The notes under the pieces were generated by a model, which saw nothing but the letters and a program-made list of their open reading frames with translations, did no database searches and was not told the DNA's origin. The translations under genes and the position numbers were made by a program. Below, piece after piece: positions 36,516 to 50,089 of a DNA stretch of 64,000 nt. Numbering within the stretch: position 1 is the stretch's first letter; the number at the start of each line of letters is the position of its first letter. Source of the DNA: Gracilinanus agilis (taxonomy: Eukaryota); assembly GCF_016433145.1 (NCBI RefSeq), contig NC_058133.1:169248689-169312688 (forward strand). Direction: 5' to 3'.

Positions 36516-39390
36516 GCTCTCTCCGTTTCTGCTCTGTTCCGGATCTGCCCCCTCCGCTCGGGGAAACCGCCCTTCTCTCAGCACCCCCAGCGTCCTGTGC
36601 TCTTCCTGGATTCCATTTGGGTGGGCCTGGCTGGTCCCCAGGGGATTGGATGGTGGGGGGAGACTAACTCACAAAGCAATTTATGTATTCAATCCCCTTT
36701 CTCCACCCCAAATTAAAATGTTTCCAAGCCGCTGGATGCCTCACTCTGCCCAACTTTTGAGTTCTTGACAAAGATATTGCTGTCTACAGGAAGGAACTGA
36801 CCTCTTCAGGGTGTGGTTTAGGGAGTAGACGTGGTGGGCTCTCCTTCAATGATGTGTGAAATCAATGCTACTTTTGTGTGTCTTGACTATTCTTTCCTGA
36901 TATTTAGACATTTTGTTTAGCTACCAGAATGGTTTAATAGTTCAGTGTTCTTAGTGGATTCTGAGAGGATCCTGCTTCTTAAATTGCTAAAGTTGAAAAG
37001 ACCTTTTTAAGGTCAATCCCTGTTTCCTAGCTCCCAAACCATCTCACCCTTGAGTGTGTCTTCTATCCTGTTCTTGACCTCCATTGAAAAAAAACAAAAA
37101 ACAAGCACCTTAGAAGTTCTCAACCCCTGTAGTAAAGAGTCTAAACGAGTCAAATATTTGCTTATTCTAGTATTTTCCCTCCTTTTCTCAGTCTATATTG
37201 GTTTCTCCTTTAGGAGATAGGACCTTTATATAACTGTTTCTCTTGAAATTCACACTAGAAATCCTATTTAGGGATGACTCTTCCCTTCTCTCCCTCCCTA
37301 TCAGAATCACCCAGTCAGGCTTCTTCTATCCCAAAAAGGAACCTAGACCTAATATAAACTCAGTGACTTCAGACATACTTCCTTTGCTCTTCACTCTCAG
37401 AATGACCCAAGGAAATATTACTGGTATAACTAATACTTTACCAAACACCTACCATGGTGAGGAAAAAATCATAATAAAAGAAAACAAGTCCCTTTCCTTT
37501 AATTTGGGAAGGATAAGAAATTCACACAGTTGTCAATAGCAATATCTATAAATTGCTATAGGTGTATAGAGGGAAAAAATTTTTTAGCCAAAATCAGTAG
37601 CTTATAATTAGAATTGAGACAGCTTCATGATGAAGTTGGGTAGATTTTTTTGATGGGAGGAGGGTAGGGTAAATAAAACCTTTCAAGCTAAATAAAAAGC
37701 ATGGAGATGGGAAACCAACATTTGGGTAATGGTGTATGTAAGTAATATTTCTCTGCTCCAACCATATAAGTCTTTAGCAAAACTAGAAGGATAACAGGCC
37801 AGACAGATCTGAGGAGATTTACATGGTATGCTAGAGTCTAGACTTTTTGACAGAAATTAGGAACCCACTGGAAATTTTTTAACAGAAGGATGACTTAATA
37901 TCATATATATGTACATGATATAATATGCATATATCATTTAAGGTGAATGGTATGCATTATTTTCCTTTTATAAATGGACAAACTCTTAGGTTCAGGGTTT
38001 GACTTAGCTTAGTGTTACATAGCTAACAGGTATCCATACCTAGAATCCAGTTCTTGTGACTGGCCCCAGACCTCACAAAAATTGTGGTGTGTTATGACTG
38101 GCCTGTCAGGACAGATTAGAAGTAGAGAAAAGGGGAATGGAGGGGGAGGGGAAAACCCCTTGGGAAAGTTTAGTTAAGTGGTAATAAAAGACTGAACTTA
38201 GATGATGGGAGTGGGAAAGGGATAGTGTAGACAGGAAATTGTGAGCTTTTGAACTTGGGTAACAGCAATAACACCAACAGGAAAGTCATTCTGTAGCAGA
38301 AAGATAAATGTAAGAAGACACTAGATGCTGGAGCTGCCTCCTCATAGAGAATGAAGGCTTTGAATACAAAGTCATAGAACTTGAGAATTAAAGACTAAGG
38401 ACAGAATTTGGGGAGAATGACTTGACTCCATTTGTAGGAGAGGAAGAAAGGGGAAAGGAAGAGTTAGCAGTGTTGGGATAATAGAGTGTTAAGGAACCCA
38501 AGGAGCAAGAGGATGTTGATCTAGAGTTGAAATGCTACCAGAGCCTGGATAAAAGGAATAAGGGAAAGCTATTGAGTTAGGCTAAAAAATTATTTAGTGA
38601 GTGGTAAAGGTAGAAAGCAGGTTACAAAGAACTGAGTAAAATGTGATGAAATGCGATATAGTGACTTCAGTTTTGGGAGTCACAATTTAAGAAGATTGAT
38701 AACTGCCTTATATGGGTCAGTGTGAAAGAAAGATTAGATTTGTTCTTTTGTCCCCAGAACATAGAATGAAATGGGGAAGTCTCAGGGCTTTTTTCCCCTC
38801 AATTAAAAAGAAAGTTTCCTAATACAACAGAGCCCCCAATCTAAGGTTCTCCTTTCCAGGATTTTCCATTTTCTGGGTCATTCTCAGAAGTCCTATCTCC
38901 TTCTACTTTCACTTTCACTTTTAGTCACTTTTACTTTCTTTTTAAGAGAGTTTTTGTTTTTGAGGAGGTGAGAAAAGTCTGAAGAGCTAAGGGGAAGGAT
39001 TAGGGATAAAGAGCATATACATATATATATATAGTCAGCTGGAAGTTCACTGATAGAACACAGTTTTAGCTATCAGTGGTATGTTTTGGAATATATAGTC
39101 CTCAGATACTGGCACCCTACTGTAATTAGAAATTGTCCAAGGAAGAAATGAACTATTTATAGAGGGAAAAGGAGGAAATTGTGGGCCCTTCTCTGTAGGA
39201 CTGTGGTGAAGGGCAGACTTACTCCTAGTTAGGAATATTTTAGAATGGATTCTCAGTTTGCATGAAGGTTGGATCAGATGGCTTCTGAAATTCCTTTCAA
39301 GTTCAAGATCATGATCATGACTACTGTTCTTGAAGTTTGACATGATAGAGAAATTGGTATTTGCTAACATGGTCAATATTTATTTAAGAT

Positions 39391-39582
39391 GGGGCTGCTA
39401 ATTATTAGCACAGTAGCTAGAGCACCAGGCCTGGAGTTGGGAGGACCTGGGTTCAGATTTAGCCTCAGGTACATGTTAGCTGTATGACCTTGGGCAATTC
39501 ACTTAACCCCAATTCCCTAATAGTCCTTGCCAAATTTATGTTTTAGAATTGAGATTAAGACAGAAGGTAAGAGTTAAAAAAA
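39391..39582 (+). mobile_element. SINE1-like element (diverged)
   Basis: ccaggcctggagttgggaggacctgggttcaga...cacttaacccc...gacagaaggtaagag plus A tail. Confidence 0.7.
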
Positions 39583-40624
39583 CAATTTAAAAGACCCAGC
39601 ACAGAACCACAAGAAAGGAAGAAATAATAGATAATATAAAGTAAGAGAAGAACTTAACTAATAGATTACTGAGGCAAAAGAAGAATATCTTGAAAAGGAG
39701 TAATCATTTCCTTTGAAAGCAAGTGGAGCATGTAAGCTGGAGTTTTACCTTAATCTCAATGAAGTATGGAAGTTAGAGTTGGAGGTTAAGATTTGAAAAA
39801 GCCTCAGGCTTCCCCCCTATCCATATTAACCAAGGTACAGGTGACCACAAGAAATGGTAAGTTGAACAGTGTAAATCTAAACTTGAGGAAAGATGAGCTT
39901 TAACGATTTAATATTTCCTACCCTTTCTCTGCCTCAAGAATAAGCTGTTCTTACTCTAGTAGGGTGCCCCCAAATTAAAATGCTTTTATCACTTGCTGAT
40001 CCCAATGACAAAGGGTATGATATTTTTAAGCCACTCTGAACTGTTCAGTTTGCCTCTCCCTGAAGCACCCACTCCCCACCCTCCATTGAGCTTCTCAGAA
40101 AGAAGGGTGATTGGGTGTGGTTATTTTAGAGGATTATTCAACCATTCACCTACCTGACTGTCAAGTCTGGGTCAAGGAACTTTTAAAAGATGGCTATGCC
40201 CCCAGTCTCCAGCAGGGTGGGAGTGAGGCTGACCTCTACTACTTTCAGGCATCTTTGACCCCACCTAAGTCTCTTATTCCCAGGGAGAACTCCTTCATCC
40301 TGTGCAGGTAGGGAAGTTTAGTGTCATAGAATCATATACTTAGAAGCTATCTAGTCTGACGCCCTCGATTTAAAGATGAAGAAACTGAGACTCAGATTAT
40401 CTCTGATTGATATTTATTCACTGATTTTATAGGCTGAGATAATTCCCCAGTTCCTTTTCTCCGAGGTAAAAGGAAAGCTAGTTTATATTATAGGCCTATG
40501 ACAGCTCAAGTACATTCTAATGAATGGGTTGGCCCATAAGTAGGCAGGGCTTGGGAAAGAACATTGGACCATCAGATGTGTGCGCAGTATGTCTTGCTTT
40601 CCTTAAAACTGTTAGTAGTGTGGG

Positions 40625-40816
40625 GAGGCAGCTGGGTAGCTCAGTGGATTGAGAGTCAAGCCTAGAGACAGAGGTTCTAGGTTCAAATCTGGCCTCAGAT
40701 ACTTCCCAGCTTTGTGACCCTGGGCAAGTCACTTAGCCCTTACCACTCTTCTGCCTTGGAGCCAATACACAGTATTGACTCCAAGATGGAAGGTAAGGGT
40801 TTAAAAAAACAAAACA
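40625..40816 (+). mobile_element. SINE1-like element, young, with TSD
   Basis: Nearly identical to the copies at 46868 and 57718; TSD aaaactgttagta at 40605-40617 and 40817-40829. Confidence 0.9.
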
Positions 40817-42837
40817 AAAACTGTTAGTAAGACACCAATACCCATCAATCCGTGTCTTTAACTAGAGAACTAGCATCTGATCATAAATGCCTAGTCTAGC
40901 AAAGCAAGAAACAAGGTCAATCTGGTGATGAGATTTGAAGCAATTCATCTTCATAGAGATAACTTTGGAGAAAGAATACTCCATCCAAAGACAGATAACT
41001 TGGGTTAAAATCTAGGCTCTGACGCTGAAAAAAATCAACCTCATTGGACTCATTTCTTCATTTGTAAAGTAAGAGAGTTGAACAGATGGACCACTGTGGT
41101 GGTCCCTTCCAGCTCTAAATCCATAGTATTTAAAGCCTAAAGTCAGAGGTGAGAATAACACATTCTGTGTACCAATTGAATTTGGTCTAACACCAAAATA
41201 CTTCCTCCTGTAGTTTTTCACAATTCCTTAATTCATTTTGAGTGAAATATATGCTGTCTAAATTGCTTAAATCTTCATTTGTAAGGATAGATATATCTTG
41301 ATCCATGGGCCTCAGAAGCCTCCCTGATATAGAGAATGAAAGTTCTGAAGGGTGTGGCCCTTCTGTAGAGTGTGAGCCCTAGGGGCAGCCTGGTGATTTC
41401 CTGGCCACAAAGACCTATGATTCTACAATATTCCTGAAGAGCTTGGGAAACCTAGGTGCTCTGAGAAAATATAGACCTGGTTAGAGATAGCATTCATCTC
41501 TAAATTTGAACTGCCTTCTTTCTGACACCAACCAGACAGGAAATTATAGAATCACTGACATTGATTGGAGGGTTGTAGAGTTTTTATGTAACTTCCAGGA
41601 GTGTAGGATGTATGACCAATCAGTTCCCCTAAATCTCATCCTAAAAGAAGACACTCCTTTTAAAATGGGAAGAACAGAAATATTCCAGGGCAACTATTTA
41701 GTATATTCAAGTTCCTCTCTTCCTTTCCCCTTTATTCTCTGTCATAAACTGTATTCCCTTTGCATATCATTCTATGAAACATGAAATGAGGATATAGATG
41801 AAAGGAAGCTTAGCTAAGGAGGATCCATGTATAAGACCTCAGAGAGAAGATCAGTGACTTATGAACTGAAGGGGATAATCAGAAGACTGGGTCGGAAAAT
41901 GTTTCTTAACTGGACTAGAGAAAAATTTTACTATATTCTTGGGACTAAGAGGTACAAATGTCACCATTGGTTGGTCAATAACTATCACTTTTTTTGTCCC
42001 AAAGGATGGAGTGGCTAATTTAAAAGATATTCTGTCTTTCTAGGATCCCCTAGACTTCTTGGAGGGAAAGTGGGGTGAAATCCAGCCTGGGGAGAGACCT
42101 GTAAAAAAACCTAATAGTTTTAGACTTCAGAAGCATATTAAATTTGGGGAATTCCTGGATACTGTGTATTAAATTAGCTGAGGTTCTGAGACAGTCTAAG
42201 GAACTGCTATACCAAGCTAGAGAAAGGCTGTCCTCCTAATTCAGAGTTACAAAACTGTGAGAGAGGGATTGGCTTGTTGCCCAGCTCCTTTCCCTGTTAC
42301 TGATAAGATATAAACACATAACACACAGGCTGACATCCCTGTTGCTAGTTTGGTTTCTGGTTAACAACCTAGTGATGACTTGACCTCTTAATTGGCTAAA
42401 GTACTTAACTTCTAATAGGTGGATGGGCACTAGAGTGGGTAGAGGAGAGATGCTGCCCAACCTTCCAAAGAGGACCATGTTCTTTGCTCATTCTGTCCAA
42501 TTTCTTGTGTGCCCCAGCAACAAGGGTTGCTGCGGTACAGTGTTTTCCCATCTCAGTATTGTGTCCAGTTACCTTCCTGTAGTCTTAACTTTCCTCTTCT
42601 GCTTATCTGGCCCATTCACCTGACCATCTTTCCACACTGTTTGATGCTAGCTGACTGGACTATTCTCTGTCCAAATCCTTCTCCCACCTAGTGTGATTCA
42701 CTGATGCATGTGTTATGCCAACTAGTTGTAAAACTCAATTCACTTCCAGTACTCTACTAACTTTCCCTTTTTTCTCTCCTCTCCTCCTCTTTCCCTTTCT
42801 CTTCCTCTTGTTCCCCTCTCCTCTGTCACTGTTGCAG

Positions 42838-42917
42838 AGCGTCTCTACAGCCAACTTGAGAGAAACCGCCTGCTCTCTAACGAGCTGAAGTTAACGCTGC
42901 ATGATCTGTGTGACTGA
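42838..42917 (+). CDS. TPM3: TPM3 exon 9c
   Basis: ttgcag|(E)RLYSQLERNRLLSNELKLTLHDLCD*; AATAAA at 43589-43594. Confidence 0.95.
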
Positions 42918-43061
42918 CGGGAAGGGGCTCACTAATGCCCCTTAAACCAAGCTTACAGTTCATTGGCCTGGACCCCAGCAAAAGCTGATCAGTACCCCCC
43001 CCTTTATCCCTTGGCTGAGCAAACTAACTATTGTTTAATTGGGGCAGTTGAAAAATAATAA

Positions 43062-43308
43062 CATGTAGCATTTATATAGCGCTTTAAGGTTTGCAGAGCA
43101 CTTTACAGATATTATCTAATTTTATCCTTACAACAATCCTGGGAGGTAGGTGTTATTATTCCCCATTTTACAGTGGAGGAAATAGGCAGATGAAGGTTTA
43201 AGTGACTTGCCCAGGGTCACACAACTACTATGTATTTGAGACCAATTTGAATTCAGGTCTTCCTGATTCCAGGGTCCAGTGCACTATCCACTGTACCATC
43301 TAGCTGCC
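43062..43308 (-). mobile_element. MIR-type core SINE within the exon 9c 3' UTR
   Basis: tatagcgctttaaggtttgc...cccattttacag...aagtgacttgcccagggtcacac...tatccactgtaccatctagctgcct. Confidence 0.8.
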
Positions 43309-44644
43309 TCTAGTAACCAGAAGAAAAAAAACAAAAGCCTTTAATTAAGGTAACCTTTCCACACCTGTATAAATCCTAAAGCATTACTACTGACATTCCT
43401 TGCCCTTTTTACACAAATTTGCAGGGGAGTGGGGTGGACATAGACTCCAAATGGAACTAAAAATTGGGAGGCCAGGAAGTCCAGGAGAATTTGTCTCCTT
43501 GACATCTGTTCTCTCCCTTAAATACTAGCTGTTCCTTTCCTGTACACTGATTGTAGGATATGTTCCCTTTGCATGGATGGTTTATAACAATAAAAGGACT
43601 GACTCAATTGTATGGTGTAGCTATGCTTCATCTGTAGGCCCAGGGGTGGGTCAATTCAGCCTGGGTTGAGATAGCAAAGAAATTGGATTGGGAGGAAAAA
43701 AGAGTGGGGTAGGTTGGTCTGGCTCTCAGCTGTCATCAACTTGTTTTGGGACATACAGGGATGTTGGTCTGTCCTTTTAATTGAAGGAGTCTGGGGGTGG
43801 TTCACTTGGTGGGTTTGAGTCGTCTTAAGACTTGGCTAACTTCTGGTCACTCTCGATCTTATTTCCTAGATCACTTTTCCCCATGTTACATGCTTCAGTA
43901 TGTCTAACTCAGTCATAGGCAAGTCCTATATGGCAGCCTCAGAAAAGCTTGTCGGTGGGGGACAAGACATTCTTGGTACTTTAGTTGAGATCTTTTGGCC
44001 CATCGAGCCTAGTGTATGGAAGTATTCTCATGATTCTCACTGCCTGCTCTGCTCTGCTTTGGAGACCAATTTGGCTTGAGTAGCTTCACCTTTGGTAATC
44101 TTCTCTTTATCAAGAATGTATTAGGAATGCTCTCATCCTGGTTCCTAGTGCCATCGAGATCATCTAGTCTAACTTAAATTAGGAAATGCATAGACTTGTT
44201 TATCTTTGCATAGAGAGTAAGGTTTGTAGTAGAGTTTTGAGCCTAGGTCCTCTCTCTTTAAACCCAATATCCTTTCTGTTGCAATAAACTCCTTTTCCCC
44301 AACCTGAACTTTCCTTTGTTTGGTGCTGTCCCTTCACCCAGTCTTTTGGTTTTCTCACCACAGAGATGAATAGGGTTAAATTTGCTACTGTAGTGTGAGC
44401 CTGAGTGGAGAGTTGTAAGGTCAGGAAATAACAAGAGTCTAAACTCCATCCCACAGGAAATACAGCAAACACCTGTAGCTTCAGGAGGCAAAGGCCTACA
44501 AAGCTGAGTGAGGCAACAACAGCTTGCTTCTGGGGCTGTGAGATTCTGTTAACTGCCCATCCATGGGGAGCAATTCTTAGAGTGTGGACAGACTTGGAGT
44601 TTTGTTCCTAGCCATTGTAACCTCTTTCCCTTTGCCCCCATTAG

Positions 44645-44727
44645 ATAAACTGAAATGCACCAAAGAGGAGCACCTCTGCACACAAAGGATGCTGGACCAG
44701 ACTCTGCTTGACCTGAATGAGATGTAG
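44645..44727 (+). CDS. TPM3: TPM3 exon 9d
   Basis: ttag|(D)KLKCTKEEHLCTQRMLDQTLLDLNEM*. Exons 1b-3-4-5-6a-7-8-9d total 747 nt = 248 aa. Confidence 0.96.
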
Positions 44728-46028
44728 AAACCCCTTTCCCCCACCCCAGCCCCACCCTGTCGCTGCTCCTTCCACTGACTCTGACTTCGCTGGAGGCCAG
44801 CCTGCCTGAAGCTGACCTTTAAACTGAGGGCTGATCTTTAACCTGAAGGCTGCTTTCTTCTCTGGGTCCTTGCTTACCCTTCCAACCCTACCCCTACCCC
44901 AACTCCCTGTGTCAATTTCACCAAACTGTCTCTGCAGCTCGCCCCTAGAGATCCCAGCTGGGCTAAGGGCTGAGCACTTTTGGGAACAGCATTTAAGGGA
45001 ACCTGAGCACAATGCAATAGTGTCTTTAAAAGCATGTTGTATGATGTATACATTTTGTAATTACCTTTTTTGTTGTCATAGCAACCATTTGTAAGACATT
45101 CCAGATAATTCCCCAGCTCCTAGGCTGCATCTAATTACTTTTCTTCCTTTTGGATGGTAAATCTTTTCTGCCTAAACAATGTCCCTTCTCCATAGAAGAG
45201 GGAAAGAGGTGTTAGCCTGCCCTACTGAGAGTTGAACATAGCCCAAGGAAAGACTCTACCATGGGAAACCTCTACGTTTTGTACCAAGCACCAGCCAAAC
45301 CAGAAAGGTCATTCCAGGAGGAGTTTGCCAAAAAAGGAAAAAAAAAAAAAGAGTGCTGTTCAGGTTTTCAGCTTTAAGGTTTTTTGGGGTGTCTTTTTTT
45401 TTCCTTTTTCTTTTCTTTTACATTTGCATCAGTAGCAACCAAGCAAATTACACAGACAAGACCTCTCCGAGACCAAATTGTCTTCCCTCTCCTCACTCAC
45501 TCACAGAATAGATCATGTGCCCCAGAAGTTGGGGTGTCTACTCCTATCCCCACTCCACCTTTGAAAAATAACGTTTTTGCCACTGATTAGCCAAGTGAAA
45601 TTCATCTCATTACCCATTCCTGGGTCTGAAGCTGCTGTCTCTAAAAGTGCCATCTCATTGTGCTTTGTATCACTCGGTGCTGGAGAAATCTTGAATAGCT
45701 TGTGTACAATTTTTTTTAATTTTATGTATATTATTTTTGAAGCTTTATTTCTCTAGGGTGGGGAGCACCAGGACCACCCCATCCCACCCCCTGTCTGGCT
45801 GTGAGTGCTCTCTGTCTGCAGTCCATGGGCTGGCAGTGTGCTGATCTTTTTTAATTCCTTTTTTTTTTTGGTGAGGTTTCTGTGAGGTCTGTGTTAGGTT
45901 TGCATCGTGCAGCTTATTGGCTTGAAATGTACTCTCCTTCGGTGTGGTCTATTTGGGAGCCAATCTGGAAAAAGAGGAACCAATAGTGCAAATGTTTTGA
46001 TACTGAAAATTGACAAAATGTCTTTTGA

Positions 46029-46034
46029 AATAAA
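46029..46034 (+). terminator. TPM3 exon 9d polyadenylation signal AATAAA
   Basis: AATAAA ending a repeat-free 1.3-kb UTR-like segment. Confidence 0.75.
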
Positions 46035-46867
46035 GAACCAGTCCCTCTACCCTCAGAACTGCTCGTTTCTCATTTTCTCATAACTCATTTACTGACCATG
46101 CTCTCTCCCCAGAAGTCATAGTAAATAGCTAAGACACATTCTGGGAACGTACGTATTTTCCCAATTGGTCTTTGACAATCCTGTGGGGTAGATAGAGCCA
46201 GGATCATCTTCCTTTTAGATGACAGGACAAGGAAAAGGGAGTATATCATCTAATTGGCCCTGGGCAAATATTGTTGGTGATTATCTGTTGTTAACTTCTC
46301 TGGGACTCCAAGCCAGCAAATTTTTATCTTGCAAGGTTTGGTTTTAGCCTTTTGGCTTTTGGATGAACTCCAAGTTCTATGATTTGCTGTCAGGTTTTCA
46401 TCTTTTAGAAAAAGCAATAGCTTGTTTTCTGCCCAGGATTTCAGTTAGTTTTAGGGGAGAGAATGAATCTCAGACTCATCTTTGAGAAGCTTACTTATTC
46501 TGCACTTTACTTTTTGGCCCAGGAAGTTAGAAAACAATCTAAATTGTCAACAAATATTCAAAATCAACTCTGTGCCAGCCACCACCCTAGGTGATATGAC
46601 TAGTGATCAAGTCTGAGTTCTCATTGATGTAGGAGATTCATACCTTCTTGGCAACTTAAACTCTTTAAAGAGTAATCATAGTGGATAGGTGGCTTGTCTA
46701 GGGCCACTCAGCACAGGTTAATATGTTGTCAAAAAGAGGACTTTGACACAAGTCTAACTTGTTTTTTTGAGGCCTCCTCTGGACATTACATACCTCTAGG
46801 GTGCTAGAAATACAAAGCCAAAAATGAAATAATGTTTTCAAGAAACTTAGATTGGGGGATGGGGTGG

Positions 46868-47075
46868 TGGTGCAACTGAGTAGCTCAGGGGATTGAGAGC
46901 CAGGCCTAGAGACGGAGAGGTCCTAGGTTCAAATCTGACCTCAGACACTTCTCAGCTGTGTGACCCTGGGCAAGTCACTTGACCCCCATTGCCTACCCTT
47001 ACCATTCTTCTGCCTTGGAGCCAATACACAGTATTGACTCCAAGACGGAAGGTAAGGGTTTAGGGAAAAAAAGAA
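46868..47075 (+). mobile_element. SINE1-like element, young
   Basis: Full consensus; flanking aaacttagat on both sides as TSD. Confidence 0.9.
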
Positions 47076-48809
47076 AAAACTTAGATCGGGAGACTAAGGA
47101 CAATGTAATTTGGGGGCAGGGAGGAAGGTGATAACAGTTGGGGAGTTCAGGAAATGTTGGTGTGAGCTAAGCTTTGATGGAACCTTAAAAGATGGAGTCT
47201 TAAAAGATGACTACATTCCAGCCATGGAGGCTGACCTGTGCCAAGGGCAGGACCTGGAGACAATGTCACTGGTGGAAAAAACAGCTAGTAGGATAGTTTG
47301 GCTAAATCATAAAAAGCCATGGAGTAAAGTGACATATAATAATCCTGAAAAAGTAAATTAGTACCATGTTATGAAATGCTTTAAATACCGGAATCGATAA
47401 ATCATTGTTACCATGTACTTTGTATTATGCTAGGCCTTGGGGCCACAGCTACCAAACAGCCCTTGCTTTCAAGGTACTCATGTGAGAGACAAGTTTGGGA
47501 ATAACTAGGTACAAATAAGATAAATTCAAGGTAGTCTTAGAAGGGAAAACGTTAAGGGGGTGGGGGTGGGAGGGTGCAAGAAAAACTGGCTGTATGCTGA
47601 AAGGGCTTCCCTTCCACACCCCATCCCATCAAGAAGGAAATACAGTATAACTAAGAAGCTCCAGTGAAGATGCAGAGTATTCCAGGCATGGAAGACCCTA
47701 AGTGTGAAGAGGGCAGAATTCCTGGTTCAAGGAACAATAAACAAATATGGCTGCTTGTAGTGAATGGAGAGGAGCAAAATATAAGGAGGGAAAGGAAGGG
47801 CTGAGTTGTGAAGAGCTTACCTGGCCAGAAGAGGGCTCTATGTTTGATCCTGGAAATAGAGCCATTGGAGTTTGATGGAGTTGGGGAGAGGCTTGAGATA
47901 GGGAGAACAAGAGGAAAGAAGGAGCAACCATTATGTGCTAAGTATCAAGCAAAGCCCTTTCTTTACAAATATCTCATTTGATCCATTTGAAGGTTATTGA
48001 GAGATTAGGACATGAGGTCATGGAACTAAGGTCCAGAGAGAAGAGAGTCTAAGACCATTGATAGTTCTTGGGGTACTCACTGAGGGCAGAACATCAATGG
48101 TAATATATGACAAAGGAGACTAAGGACCAGTCAGAAAGCTGGGAGAAAAACAGGGTCTAAAAAGTTTTCTGTGACCCAGGTGAGTCTACAGAAGGAAATA
48201 TAGAGTGATCAATGGCATCAAATACAGAGAAGAAAGAAGAGGATTTGGAAGAGGCCATCACATCTTGACAGTTTGCAGGGTTGAGAATGAAGGAGATTTA
48301 TTTGAATGATGGAAGAAGCCAGATAGAAGTGAGTGAAATGAAAGGAATATAGACTGACTTTTTTTCTTATTCCCCTTTGGCTGTGAAGGAAGGGAAGAAA
48401 GCTTAAAGAGACGATAAAAATTAAATGAAAGAAACTTTTAGATTTTGTTTTGTTTTAAGTCAAGGGAGACCTATGATGAGTAGTGCTTAACACAGACTTG
48501 TATATTAGGAACTTTTGGCAGTGGTAAAGTGAGACCTATAAACCTTTTCTGAATAATATTTTTAAATTTGTTTTTAAAACGTACATAGAATTACAAAAGA
48601 AAATTACACTGTGATATTTCTGTTAGTCATTCACAGACCCCAGGTTAAGAACTTGGTCTAGCAAGAGATTGAAGATTAAAGAAGGAATGACATGAATGAT
48701 TGCTGAAGCTGACTGAGGAAACAAGGAGGGGGCTGGGATTAAGGGTGCAGTTAGAGCTTTTGTAAGGAAAAGTGGCATGTTCATCAGAAACTGGAGTAAA
48801 GGAATAATA

Positions 48810-49140
48810 GTTTGTTCTCTTCATGGAGGACCCAAGTTATCAGCCTCACTCTTCGAAGAACATTGCAGTCCAGTGGCAGGACAAAAGACAGAATGACTGT
48901 CAATTGCCTAGGATGCAGTGGATGAACTATGCTTGTGCTTCTTCAATGTCTAACCAAATCCTAGGCAGACCAGAGCCTGCTTCAGCTGCCCTCATGGTCC
49001 ATTGGAATGAGTTGTCGTCATCTGTCCATTCCACTGGGGGAAGTCTTCTTATGTTTGGGATATATTCCCTAACTCCCCAGGGATTTGAGGTCCATTGGTT
49101 ACCCTCAACCTGCCTAGATGGTTTTATTGGAGGTTAGCCA
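48810..49140. mobile_element. Probable RTE-related marsupial repeat fragment
   Basis: gtccagtggcaggacaaaag...ggatgcagtggatga...cctgcttcagctgccctcatgg...ggttaccctcaacctg resembles a recalled marsupial RTE-derived repeat. The family is not verified. Confidence 0.4.
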
Positions 49141-49196
49141 TTACTGGGCTTGCCTCTTAGATCCATATGTGAGAGTTGGGTCAAAAGTGGACACCA

Positions 49197-49526
49197 GGGG
49201 GCAGCTGGGTAGCTCAGTGGATTGAGAGTCAGGCCTAGAGACAGGAGGTCCTAGGTTCAAATCCGGCCTCAGACACTTCCCAGCTGTGTGACCCTGGGCA
49301 AGTCACTTGACCCCCATTGCCTACCCTTACCAATCTTCCACCTATAAGTCAATACACAGACGTTAAAGGGTTTAAAATAAAAAAAAAAGTGGACACCACA
49401 CTTCCCAGCTGTGTGACCCTGGGCAAGTCACTTGACCCCCATTGCCTATCCTTACCACTCTTCTGCCTTGGAGCCAATACACAGTATTGACTCCAAGACG
49501 GAAGGTAAGGGTTAAAAAAAAAAAAA
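49197..49526 (+). mobile_element. Two tandem SINE1-like insertions (49197-49384 full length; 49399-49526 5'-truncated)
   Basis: aaaagtggacacca occurs three times (49183-49196, 49385-49398, 49527-49540), bracketing both elements. Confidence 0.9.
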
Positions 49527-50089
49527 AAAAGTGGACACCAAAGGTATCTGAGTAAGCCTGAATAGGGTACTAATCCTCCTTGACCACTCTTTATCCCCCA
49601 AAGTAGAGAATAGTGGGTGTTTAAAAAAAAGACCCCAGATAAAATTGATCTGTTTACACTGCCCATTTGTTCTGGTTCTAACCTAACTTTTATATCCAAA
49701 GGGTCAGAAACAGGCAGGGGAGGGAATGGGAGTCAGAAATCCTGGGTTCCAATTTATAACCTTAGGCCAGTTACCCGGGGGGCTTCAATTTCCTATAAAA
49801 GTATGAGTTGAGACTAGATGACCTTTCCCAAAAGATAGCAGTATTTTCCAGCTCAGAAACCGATTAGATTGTATCTAATCTTGCCCATCAGGAGCTTGCC
49901 TTTCTGCCTCTTGAGTTTGTTTCTATCTCCGGGGTAATGGTGCCATGCAGAGGGGGAAGGGACTCGTTTTGCTAAATTGCAATTGAGGTGAATTTAAAGA
50001 GGAAGTTTAACGAGCTCACTAATGTTATTAGGCCTCAGGTCCCTCCTTGCTCTGTTATTTTCAGAGTGAGACTGGGAGGGAGGGTAAAA

